Source: Antedon mediterranea
Lineage: Eukaryota; Animalia; Echinodermata
NCBI RefSeq assembly: GCF_964355755.1
Contig: NC_092677.1
Location: forward strand, 7,958,101 to 8,022,100
Length of the DNA stretch: 64,000 nucleotides
Reading direction: 5' to 3'
Below, piece after piece: positions 38,566 through 51,700 of this stretch. The stretch's first letter is position 1. Each line of letters starts with the position of its first letter. The position numbers and the translations under genes are program-made. The notes beneath the pieces are model-generated. The model had not been told where the DNA came from. It worked only from the letters and a program-made list of their open reading frames with translations, and searched no databases.

Positions 38566-39279
38566 AATTATTAATAATATTATCATCATCATCATCGTCG
38601 TCGTCGTCATCATCATCATTATTATTACACGGCTCCATATCTAATCATCCTCATCTATTAAAATGTTTTTTTTTTTTATATTTTTATACACAATACATTG
38701 CGTTGACAAAAAAAATAAAGCATACACGACAAAATAAACGAACTTTTGTTTGTATTTGTATATCCTATAACTATATCATTATAATATTATATAATCTGGC
38801 ATGAAGGCGAACATTCATAATAATAATAATTCATCAATGAATATGAAAAATAATATAAATATTATATCTAATGAGATGGGCTAAAATTTGTCTGAATATT
38901 ATTGCAACAAGCATTTACACGGCGATACTGCATTTTATTTTGTATAATGTTCTATCTTTGAATTTACTGTTTTAACAGTATTAAAATATTTGCATGATTC
39001 AATAGCAATACAGTTGCTGCACCCAACACAAATGCGTTACAAAGAACCATCCATATCATAATGTATTTGAATACTACTAAGTTAACTCTCCCAATACCGG
39101 ACTCTCTCTCTCTAAAAAAAAAAAAACAACTCTCCTAAAACCAGACTATATTTCTATACACATCTTAAAAAAAACCCACAATAATTAAAATGTATACAAT
39201 TAAAATACAATACTAAAGCAACATTTACAATGCTACACAACTATGTGAACAGAAGAACAATGTCATATTCATCACTTTA

Positions 39280-39572
39280 AGCCTGGTTTCCATAAAATCG
39301 CTACACCGTTTCCATTGAAATCGCTACACGCGCAAATGTCGCCGACGCGCATTGGGGAGGTCTCCCCGATTCATCGCAGACAAATCGGCAAAGTTCAACC
39401 ATGTTCAACTTTGCCGATTTTGTCGGCGATGAGTCGTATACGCGTGTACCAAAGAATATTTAGCGCTCGCGTACTAGATCCCCGATAAATTCTAGCGTTT
39501 CCATAGAATCGCTACGCTCTGTCGGCGACAGCAGTCGGCGACACGGTGTAGCGATTTTATGGAAACCAGGCT
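39280..39572. mobile_element. PIF/Harbinger-like MITE
   Basis: ~30-bp TIR AGCCTGGTTTCCATAAAATCGCTACACCGT; TTA TSD. Confidence 0.88.
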
Positions 39573-39713
39573 TTACAATACACTATCTGTACATAAACTT
39601 CTCTGAAAAACATTTTAAAGCGTTTATATTCAGTGATTACGTATTTTTTAACACGGAATATGTTGATGAGACCACATCATTAACTATTAGTGAATATACA
39701 CAGCCTTATCTCA

Positions 39714-39845
39714 AGCTCTCTCCACACTATCAAACTAGTTTGACCAAAAAGGCGTGATATGCCAAAATATGGTAGTGATATGACATCATCATGTCCATAA
39801 TTATATGAACACATCACATTAAAATTTGATAGTGTAGACAGAGCT
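39714..39845. mobile_element. Small PIF/Harbinger-like MITE
   Basis: TIR AGCTCT.TC.ACACTATCAAA; flanks TCA/TTA. Confidence 0.7.
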
Positions 39846-41957
39846 TTAGAAATTCAGATTTGTTTGATAGCAACATGCGGACAACTTACTCGGACGTTTT
39901 GAGCAATGTCGTCATTAAAAGATGACGTCATGACTATCTTCACTGTTAATGCAGTTCAAAACGTTTAAGTAAGTGCACCGTTGTTGGAATATACATAGAT
40001 GTACACTACTAATGAATGAACACATTATTAGTAATGTATAATTTCACCTTCCTTTCACAGACACGTTTTACATACTGTTTATTATATTATCATTCTTTAA
40101 TACACTATAAATACATAATATACACTGAAAGACGAATTAAAAAATACTATATACAATACAAACTGTATACTGTGCAGACAACATATTTAAAATATATTTT
40201 TGTATCAACACTGCTCTTAGCTAACCTGCAATAAGAGTATAAACACATAATTTGGCCCTTTATTTGCAAATAACAATAACTTTTAAATTCAGACTCCAAG
40301 AAAAGAAAACGTACAAAGAATTAGGCCTACGAAATAAAATAAAAATGGAAACGTTTGTTAAGAAACAGAAAAAGAATATTTCGTTTAAAGTTTTTTTAAA
40401 AATTAGTAAAAATATATAGTATAAAAAAAAACCTCACACATTGAATAATCTTGTTGAGAGAAAGTTGTTTTGCGGTGATTTCATTTTTTAAATTATCACT
40501 AGCAAATACTTGTTTCAAACTTTTCTTTGAAGCCTGAATTTAATCATTAGGACAGCAGCAATATTAATCACAATTAAGGCCTTCCGATATTGTAAGTATA
40601 GTTTCTCAATAGCCTACTGAATAAGCACAAACTACTATTCTATAAAACACTAAAGCTAGGTATTGGCAGTTATTATCTAGGTCATCCCAATAAAAGGCAA
40701 CACAGTGCATTTAATGACAGACCACACTACAAAACTCTTAATATGTAAAGCACCTATTTACACAATAGTACCCCACCCCGCATTCCATGTTTATACTAAT
40801 AATAAAGAGTTTTTCCAATACCGTAAGGATAACTAAGAAATATATATCTTAGTAATTAAACCTGTAAAATAGGGAACTGATTTTAAACAAGAAAGCAAAG
40901 TATTCCATTATCAGATTATGTCTCTTCTTCTCTCTCTCTTCTTCTTGGGGTCTTTGGAACATAATGCTGTTGATGGTCACTTCGTACCGACTGTGATAGA
41001 AGACTACCTGGTACTCATGTACCTTATCTACACCAACGAACACTGTTTTAAACGAATGGTCGAGTGCAGCTGAAGTTTTTAGAAGAAACACATAGTGATC
41101 CGATGTAAATGAAACAATTACAAATTCATCTTTATGGTATTAATTTGTTTAAAATCACTAGATATTTTTATGAGAAGACACAAATGGACAATAAACAAAG
41201 TTTCGAGCCTACTAGTGTTAAAAAAAAAGGTTGAACAAATAGGAATACATGCATACACATGTCTACATTTTTCCAGAACTGTATGCATAGTGGCTGCAAC
41301 GATACACTGTACATGATATGTGTACTTATCTAATACAAAACAATTGGCAGTTGTTATGTCCGTGCATCCTAATTTTTACTTTGGGATACTGTATGGAGTA
41401 AAATATAAAAAGCTAAATCTCTATAAACACTACAAGAAAATGGTAACACTATTATAAACACTTTTCAATTTTTTAGATAGATAAATATTCTAACGACAAA
41501 AAGTTTTTACAAAACAAGATATATATTCTAGGTTTATTATTGTTTTTAGTATTTCTAAGAGCAAAAAAAAAAACAAAAACCACACACAATTAGATAACAT
41601 AAATGTAACTAACACGTCAGTTCTACATAATATATTCATTAGAAGCAAATATTTTGTATACAACATTAATAGTTTACCAACGTGAGTAAATATTCTTTTA
41701 GAAAAATTTTCAAAATAGAAATTATTGCAAGAACCGATACAATAATATTTCATAAAATATGACAATAAAACTATCTAACTTACTAATTATCAAGGTAAGG
41801 TTCGCCACATATTCGGCACAACAATTTTTTCTCTTAATATCATTTTTTAATAATAAAACAAAGTAACATAATAAAACGAAATTTAGCATTTTTTTTTTGC
41901 ATTTTATGATTCATATAGAAAAATAAATCTGTCATGAATGTTAGGCAGTAAAGCTTA

Positions 41958-42416
41958 AGCCTGTTTTCCACTCAAAGTGAAGTTACGCGTATCCAATGTT
42001 TAGCAGGGAACAAAAATCGCACTGCCCTTTCCACCACTTAACAATAGCTGCGATTTTTATCTCGTGCCTGCTGCTGACCCGTACGATTTACATGGACCAA
42101 TGACAACTTCTTTCCTGTGCTCTGATTGGTTGCTTCGCAAAAAGTAGAAAGTGTTCGAACTTTAAAGTACTTGTCTCAGTATAGACGGAGTGTTTACTTA
42201 ATAATAAAACAATAAATATTTTGGCACATACGGCGTTTCATACGTATATTAATTGAGCTCCTATTTAAAGACAAAAACCAAAAAAGACCACTACAGACAT
42301 GAGGGTTAGGTTATATAAATTACGTAGAGTACTAATAATTTTGCTGACGCGAAAAACTAGGGGAGTTGAAAGGCTTTTGATTCGCGCGAATAAATTTGCC
42401 TAGTGGAAAACAGGCT
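41958..42416. mobile_element. PIF/Harbinger-like MITE
   Basis: TIR AGCCTGTTTTCCACT; TTA TSD. Confidence 0.85.
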
Positions 42417-42787
42417 TTACAATTTAATACAAAAAAACATTTAACAACCGATTTTCGGTCAATGATTTACTAAATCAGCTACTTGGTAGACATGGATGTA
42501 TAATAAGCATAATAATTAATTTTAGGCCATAAATATTTGTTTTGTCTTTTTCTTATAAACTGTAATATCATATAGTTAGTTTTTGCATAATGTTTCCAAC
42601 ATAAATTTAGTTGTAGTTCTATAATACATATAGCTTATCAATTATTAGGCTTTTTAAAACTATAGCATGTATAATATTTTTGGCTGTTTTACCATTTGAA
42701 AGCTTTTGTACAATCAGTGTATTGGTATTCGGAAGGGACCATACAATAATTGGGGACACAACAATTCATTAATAACTCTTGAATTAA

Positions 42788-45700
42788 TTACATTGATGGT
42801 GAACGAGTCGGCCAATTTTGATAATCATGCTTTTTTAACTTTTCCCGTTGTTTCTTTGCATCTGCTTTGTGTTTAACTTTCCCATCTTTACCTTGCTTTT
42901 TCACTTTCTTCTTCTCGCCTTTGTTGTTATTCCTGCTAATCTTCTCTTTCTCCATCTGTCGTCGGTAATCCCTAGCGTCGCCATTAAGCGTGTTTGACTT
43001 GATTTTTATACTCGCTGGTTGAGAATTGTTCCCTTGAAGTCGAACCTCCTCGTACATATGATCTAATTGCCGCACAGATGTCTTGAGAGATGGTGACGAT
43101 TTTGAAGCCGTCATTTTCATTTCACCCCCATCATCGTCATCATCATTTGCCATTGCTTCGTAAGTGTGATCTTTTCGTTTCCAGAAGTTCTCTGGGGTTT
43201 TGATAGATTCAATGTGTACCATATCTCTCGGTGGCATGGTTATCGTGAGTGGTATTTTTTCGTCCTTTTCACTTACTGCTTCATATAAGTGTAATGACTC
43301 TTTGTTTTTATACGACTGATGTGTAGCATTCTGGGAAGAGTTTGGCGATTTATCGTCTCCATCTTTGCAGTCCTCAATGCTTTGATATCCGGTCTCTCTG
43401 ATGGGAATACCCTCATTGCTACCTGTTGAGTCTCTTGAGCTGTGACTCTTTACTTTTGGCCTTGCTCCGGTTCCAGCGAACAGGTTTTCATTAGGTGTGT
43501 TTGCTTGATTTGTTGCTTGTTTGTTTTTGCTGTTTTTGTCTACTTTAGCATACAAATAGCTGAAATCAGTTGCATTTTTTTCATCTGATTGTTTTTGTTT
43601 CTTTGCTCCACCTTTTTGCTTTGACTTATCAACAACAGCATAAAGTGGCATACCGGTTCCTCCTGCAATGACAAAAAAACGAATAAAATGTTAATCAAAA
43701 GCATAACACCTTATAAAACATATGTTATATGAAGATAAACTCTCTAAAAAAGATAATTAATGTCAAAGACATTTAACAAGAGGGTAGTATCGTTGAATGA
43801 ATATAATTAATTGATCAAGATGGGTAATATTGACTATCAACAGGAGACAGACACTTCAAATTTCTATCATCTTCTAAATTACTGATTTCCTTTCTGTTGA
43901 TTCAATTTGGGGCGGTGTACCCTTGACTTCGTGTACAGGAGAATGTAATTGTGAACAAACAGATTATAAAAAATGAATTTGATGATAAAAACATAGCAAT
44001 CCTTGCAGTGTTGCAGTGTATGAATATGAATATCATATTATCTGGCCATACGAATATGAATCATGTTTAATTAAGTGCAGAAATATTTTTATTTTTTCAG
44101 TGCACAGAAAACTCAAACAAGCTGTACTCTTTATGTATTATTATATTACATTACAGTGAAGAATTTCTTTGCCTTTAAGAAAATTGTAAACTTTAGCCAA
44201 ATTGTCTTTCTAAAGCAAAAATAAATGATGAGGTTCAAAAGGGGGAAGTACTGTATATTAAAACTCTCCATAGTTCTCTGAATAGTACAAGGTAGAAAAG
44301 AATTGGGAGGATAATAAGACCTTTTGAAAATTCAAGTCTCAAAATCTTTAATTATTTGATGATAACATAGATATAAATATTTTAAATATCTGTGCCAAAA
44401 CAAAATTGTAAAAGGAAACAATTCTGAAATAGAATGGATTGTTCTTTTGAAATCACCTATAATAATGTATTACTTCACAAGAACTACTACACATTTGTCA
44501 CTTTATAGCATGCTTGTTATCCTGAAAAAAAGTGCCGTTTACTATTTTTTTTAATTGCTTAAAATGAATACATGGTCAAACATTTATTTACGGACATAAT
44601 AGAAAAATATGTTAAAGAAGATTTTCCAAAGTATTGTAGTAAAGGGTTTAACAGCTTATTTCTATTGCAGTTTAAAAATAATGTAAACAGTATAGCTTTC
44701 ACTATATTTTGATTTGATTTTATCTTACTTTTTAATATTTGTAAAAAAGAATGGTCAGCATTTTTATTACGCAATTGGAAAACTTTTACATACATTTGAA
44801 TTGAAAACATATGGCACTTGTGGAATCTCGGAAATAGCACTTACACATTAATGCTTTAGTTTTATTTTTAGCACTTACTCGGTAGAGCATTTGTGTAGTA
44901 AGTCATCATTTTGAATAAAACACAATAAAAATGTTGTTAATTGTTGGCCTGTTTCCAAAAAGAATGAAACATATCCGCCTTCAATTTGAAAATTGTTCAT
45001 ACATTTTCAACTTCTACACAAATTCTGTGTGGAAAATTAATTTATAGTTTATTGATAGATTAAAAAATATACATTGTTCACCATTATTATAAGATTAGAA
45101 AGTATGGTTCTGGATTCGGCAAAAAAGAGGTATTACACTCTTAGGGAGAAATTTGATTAGGGGAGGCATAAAGAGTTTGCTAGGTGATATATACTGGAAA
45201 TTAATTATTGAGGAAGTGAAAATGAGAAAGTCACTCCAATCAAGATTTAAACCTGAAATCTTCTGCTTTTTATGCAGGCATTTTAACCTTAAGGGCCACT
45301 ATCACGGTATGGTTCAATACAAAATTTGCATATTAATCCCTCTAAACTGCTGATATTTAAAAATTAATTTTTAAATGGTAAAGATGAGGAAATCTTCTTC
45401 AAATAATCTAATCACACTTTGCTATTAACATACACTTGTCATTTCTGTATTTTATGTTTCAATTTTGGACAGTATAATACAAATATCTGCATTCTTATGA
45501 CGACGATTGGACTCCTTCCCAGCCACACGATATTTATGGTGTGTCCCATCATCTCTATTCATAAATTAAAGAATCTATAGCATAAGGAAACAGGACAAAA
45601 CAATGAATATAGATGAAGGCATGCACCAACTATCCCATATCTGTATGCAGCCTACTGTAAACAAGTCACTGGTCATGTTTTAACCTATAAATGCTTTGAT

Positions 45701-48700
45701 TGGTTTGGTTATGTTGCAGATATTAAAATGAAATCTCAAACTTATATAATGAGGTGAAAGCATTTAAAAATGATTTAAAGTCTGTTGTTGCTAAAGTATT
45801 TCCTGTCTCCATCTGTGACTCAAATTTACTTTTATAGACAACCTGATACTGAAATTGTTCATATGGCAAATTGAACTATTAAAATTGTGGTGGTGATTAG
45901 CAACTTTTAAAATATAACTTTTCCTGTAACTTGATTCAATTTGTCACCTTAATCTATATATAAATTTACGTAAGGGCAAAAATCGGTAAATCGCGCCTTA
46001 CTTCTAGAATTTTTACTCGATGGTATGTAAAGTTGGTTCGTACTTTCGGTACTGATTTTAACCACCTGATGTAACCCTGTTTACTAATTAAATTGAGTTA
46101 GATAATTAGTTATTGACGATTAAAACGAATTTAGGTTCAACGATTTGCCCCAAATAGGGGTGTTTTCCGATCGTGGTATACACTGTCTAATGGATGTCCA
46201 TCTTGAAAAATACCCGCCACAAAAATGCGAGGAGGCTTCGCATTTTCCTATCTCCTCCTACGATAATTGTTTTTAATAGCTGAAAACCGGTTGAACAGTT
46301 CGAGTACAGCATCATAATGTTGAAGACAGGCCGATTTTCTTTAAAAAATACTATTTTGATACATTTAATATACGTTTTTACAAATGTATTGATTTGTGAT
46401 GAATGGAACATTCCAAATTATTTGGTTTAACCATACAGGTATAGATTTAGATTTATGGGCCCCCTTGGAGAATAAACATAAATAGTATTGCAATGCTGTA
46501 CAATACTGTTAAGGTATTAACCACTTTTGATCGCAATTTGAATCGCAAATGTCTTACTGTGAGTGTTGGTACTGTTAGATGTAATATAAAAATATATACC
46601 AATAAACTTTATTACTGTGAGTGTGGGTAGGCCCTACTGTTAGATTATAAACATATAATATACAAATAAACATTCCAAATTATTTGGTTTAACCATAGAG
46701 GTATAGATTTAGATTTATGGGCGGGCTCCCTTGGAGAATAAACATAAATAGTATTGCAATGCTGTACAATACTGTTAAGGTATTAACCACTTTTGATCGC
46801 AATTTGAATCGCAAATTTCTTACTGTGAGTGTTGGTACTGTTAGATGTAATATAAAAATATATACAAATAAACTTTATTACTGTGAGTGGTAGGCCCTAC
46901 TGTTAGATTATAAACATATAATATACAAATAAACATTCCAAATTATTTGGTTTAACCATAGAGGTATAGATTTAGATTTATGGGCCCCCTTGGAGAATAA
47001 ACATAAATAGTATTGCAATGCTGTACAATACTGTTAAGGTATTAACCACTTTTGATCGCAATTTGAATCGCAAATTTCTTACTGTGAGTGTTGGTACTGT
47101 TAGATGTAATATAAAAATATATACAAATAAACTTTATTACTGTGACTGGTAGGCCCTACTGTTAGATTATAAACATATAATATACAAATAAATAAACGTT
47201 ATTACTGACAGTTGCTTCTCAACGTTTGTATTAATTAATAATTTAAAAATATATAAACGTCGTAGTGGTGTATCGTAACACATGTACTTTACTATTTCAA
47301 TCGACTATGACAGTGACAGTTCTAACAAAATACCGTATTAAATCGCAAATGTTTTACTGTATTTAGTGGTATATTATTTATAGGCCTATAAAACATTAAA
47401 AACAATATTTCGTTACTGAGTGGATAAGAATATATTTTAAAATGTTTCCTCTTTGTACCGATCTTCTTCCCCCATCCCTCAACCCTTAATGTTACATACA
47501 AAACACAAATTGGGTTTTTTTAAATGAGTCCAAATAAAAAAATTTGACTCATTTTGTTTCTCTCTCGGAAGTAATTCCCAGGGTGCTAATTTTGGTTGAC
47601 TACATAAATCATTGTGTATATTTATTCGTTTCTGTAAACGACAATGTATTATAGTCCTGCGGTACTTACATTTGAAATCTCCATTTTTTTCTCGCTGGAA
47701 ATACTGTGTATTCGAGAACCATCTGTGGGCACGACCTAGATGGTACGCGAGCGAAGCGAGCGTGCCATCTAGTAATAATAATTGACAATTTTATATATAA
47801 TGTTTAAATATAAAGTAAACTGGAAACTTCCAAGCAACCCTTCTAGAACAAGTAATAAGAAAGATACCCATACCTTTAAAACAAATTCTCAGTACAATTC
47901 TGGTAATTTTGATGTTTATGGGTATGTGCAATAGCAAACAAATAGATACCGGGAAACCATACAAACTCACTCTCTCTTTTATTATAGTATTAATAAAAGA
48001 TAACAAAGGTAGGCCAATGCAGATTTGACCTAAGACGAATCTTCTGCTTTATACTCGATGTAGCCGAGTATTCCATTGGTTCTTTAATGGTTTGTCTTGT
48101 TTGTTTGGATAGCTCCAAACCAGCCGCGTAACAAGGGGGTCTTGTCAGGGGGGGGAGGGGCAAAGAGGGGAAAATCCTTCCAGACACCAAGTACTTGAGC
48201 CACAGCCCCCCCATGGTGGGGGCTGTGGCGAAGCGAATTTTGGTAAATGACACCCCTAGATCGTCGGAAATGGTACTCTCGCACATAAAATTCACGATAA
48301 ATGGCGCCTAACTAGTAGTAGTTGGCCTGGAAATAACACTCCCATTTATTGCACAGCAATCAGCAAAATGATCGTACATTTTCCACCGTTAAAAACTCAG
48401 GTGACATAACATTTGAACATGTGAAAACCCAATCTAACATTGGATCCGCACCTGGCAAAGGTAGTAATTTTTCCGGTTAGAAGACTGAAACAGGGCCGTA
48501 ACCAGGTTTGACGGCGGGGTGGATCGTTAAATTGTTTAGTGGAACCATACCCTCGAATTTTTTTTTCTCTATAGGCCTATGTATGGCCGCAAATCGCATT
48601 TCCGGCTAAACTCTTTTGTTTATGAACTATATAATTTGGTGAAATTTCCAGCCCACGAATTTCAATTGCCGACCTTATTGCCGACCTTAAATTGTCAGAG

Positions 48701-51700
48701 GACGGCATTCTCTTGCCGACCGAAACTAGGCTAGATCCCGGGTGTCACGAAAGCTCAGACCACGAAAGCTCAGACCCCCTAAGACCTAAGATCACGAAAG
48801 CTAAGACCCAACACCTAAGATTACAAATACTAAGATATACTACAGATTAAAAACAATACTTGTTTATCCATACATAATTTTAAACACAGTAGGTTTCATT
48901 TATTACCATAAATATAATTTAATACTACCGCAAAACATAGATAAACTCACATTATTTTCGCCTGTTGAGTAAATGTATATTTTTTCTTTACAACAAACAA
49001 ACTTGACGGGTTGTTTGTTGGTATATATTTACTCCATTGTGTTGGTTCAGAGGATGTTTTTCTTACGCACCTGCCTTTCTTGTATTTTGACTCCAAATTT
49101 GTTGACTAACTTTATCCTGAACACCAAACTTTAAAATTAGGACTTATAAGTACTTTCAGAAGGAGAAACACATAATAACAAATAAATAAATCCTTTAAAT
49201 TGATGATTTTACATATGTGTTTCTTTGTATACTGTAATGTAACTCCTCGAGCTCCCACCATGCTCAATGTTTTTGTTTCCATGGAGCGCCAAAAGAGCAA
49301 CAATAATAGTACAAGCATAAAAACAGAAAGAAAACGAAACAAAAAAACTTATCATGATTTTTAAATTAAAATTTATTTGCCAGTATTTATTTCTTCGTAC
49401 TTGCATGATTATACTATTATCATTACAATTTTAATTTTACATTGTTCCATCCACTCCACACTGTAGATGGACTCCACAGAGTTTTCAGCCCTCTATATAA
49501 TTTTTGCTCTTTTGACGTTCCATAGAAACAAAAACATTGAACATTGAACATGGGGTAGGCCTACTGTAGTACTGTAGGCTAGTCATTTTGTGTGCGAGAA
49601 AAACGTCTGTAAAATCATCAATTTAAAAATGTATTTGTTACTTTTTATGTGATTCTTTTTCATGAAAGTGCCAATTCTAAGGTGTGGTATTCAGAATAAA
49701 TGTTGGGAGTTAAAATACAAGGCAGGTGCGAAAGATAAATATTTGTAATCTTAGGTGTTGGGTCTTAGCTTTCGTGATCTTAGGTCTTAGGGGGTCTGAG
49801 CTTTCGTGACACCCGCTAGATCCCTCCTCCCTTTAAGCCTCCTAGCAACAACATGGTACATTAAGGGATCGTATCATTGAGACTTTAACAGGCATATTCA
49901 CCATCATGTGGTGTTTAGGTAACAAACCATGGAATTAAGGTGATCCCTGAATTCACTCAACCATTGCATCTTGCACTTGTGTGAGCTGCATGCTTTCTCT
50001 CTATACTACCTATCAAGCAGCTGGCTGGGCACGTCACACGCACGCAGAGACCTGTGTAGGGGAATACCCTTTTATGTCAAGCAAACAACTATGCTCTGTG
50101 CCACGATGTTCAGCAGTTATCAAATAGAATTTATCTTGTAAATTTAGTGTTAGGTTTTTATATTTTAGTTAAAATATACTTTATATTCTTATGTCGATTT
50201 ATATTAATTAAATTTATTAAGGCTTGACTAGACCTGTAGTAAACAATCGTAGTGTTGTGCAGGTGGTGTTGTGTTAGTATGCCTGTGAAAGTTTGAGTAT
50301 TGGAGTGACAGCCAGCCACGAAAGTACGTTCATTTTGCTGATCGCTAGCGCGTTACATACGATTAGTAGGAGTGTATTTTTTTAAGGTGGCCTCACACGC
50401 ACAGCACAGCGTCACAATTGTGTATGAGATGCCCGCGATGGCGGCTTAGATAAAAGACGCCAAAAACCACAGTCAACTGACCGCATGTTAATGTACTGAT
50501 AAGCAGTGCGTTTTCCCACGAGTTGTCAGTCAGGATTTTGTGTATTTCATATCATCTTACTTGAATATCATACTGTACTGTGACTCATTTGAAGCCATAT
50601 CATATATCGTATATTTTATTCTTATCTTATATTTTCTTTCTTCTATCCCTTCTTTGTATTTTATTTTATTTTTTTTACTTGTTACCCAGCCCGATCGAAC
50701 GCTTCTCAACCCGGTAAAATCCGCCAGGGGGGTATTCCGCCCCCCCCCCCCTGCCCCCCGCCTGTTACGCCACTGCTCCAAACATGGTAAGGTGAGACAG
50801 CACTAGTTATTGATTGTATTGTACGCTCATGTAATGTTTATGATGACAATAATAATAATAATGACAATTCATAATGCTTTACATGGGCTTGCAAAACAAG
50901 GAATACCAGCACTCGCATACATTTACGTCCTACAGATGGATACCGGTATGAATAGAGAAGAACTGTTTGTCTGAATGGCAGATATGATATTATGGAGGAA
51001 TCTAGTCATATTAGTTCGGGATGTCCCAGACTTAGTAAGTAATACTTTTATGTAACATTGGGCTACTGCAGCTCAAAATGTCTGGATTACTGTAGTACCA
51101 AGTAGCAAATACAGTCATTAAATAAAACTAACCTCTAGGTTCTAATGCAGTTGGTGATGGCAATGTATTCTGTCTTGCTGCCTGAGGGAGCCCTTCAGTA
51201 CTTATCTCCTCATAGTGTTGCTGCAATGATATCCCAGTTGCGGGAAGTGTACTTGACTGTTGTGGAACAGTGATAATAACATCTGAAGATGAAATCTAAA
51301 AAATAAAAAAATTATACAATTTAATATATAGTAATAATAGTTTGTCTGTTTTCTGAATTGTATTTTAAATATGCAAATTAAAAATAGTTTTACAAATCTA
51401 AAATTTCAATTCTGAATCAATAACATCTGTTTAAATAAAAAAAAAACATAATACTAAACTAATACTATAGGAGGTATCCAATAATAGTACTCAGGTTGGC
51501 AGAAATAGAACAGCAAGAACTTCAATCAGGAAGAGGCCTTATTACTGTATTGGCATGTAGGATTTGAACCAAAGACCTGGGATTTGTAAATAAGTAGTAT
51601 GTCAATCACTAAGACACACTGCCACTAATATGAATAGGATCCAAAAAGAAGGTTTGTATACCGTAGCTGCAAAATAGCATATCAAGATCCTTACTATCAT

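Noticed and set aside
38700-42787. Short ORFs in this AT-rich stretch
   Set aside because: Compositionally biased and without motifs; more consistent with a long 3' UTR or intergenic DNA downstream of the adaptor gene.
49900-50330. Solo LTR inside the hAT element
   Set aside because: LTR-like composition but no matching TG..CA ends with a TSD could be found.
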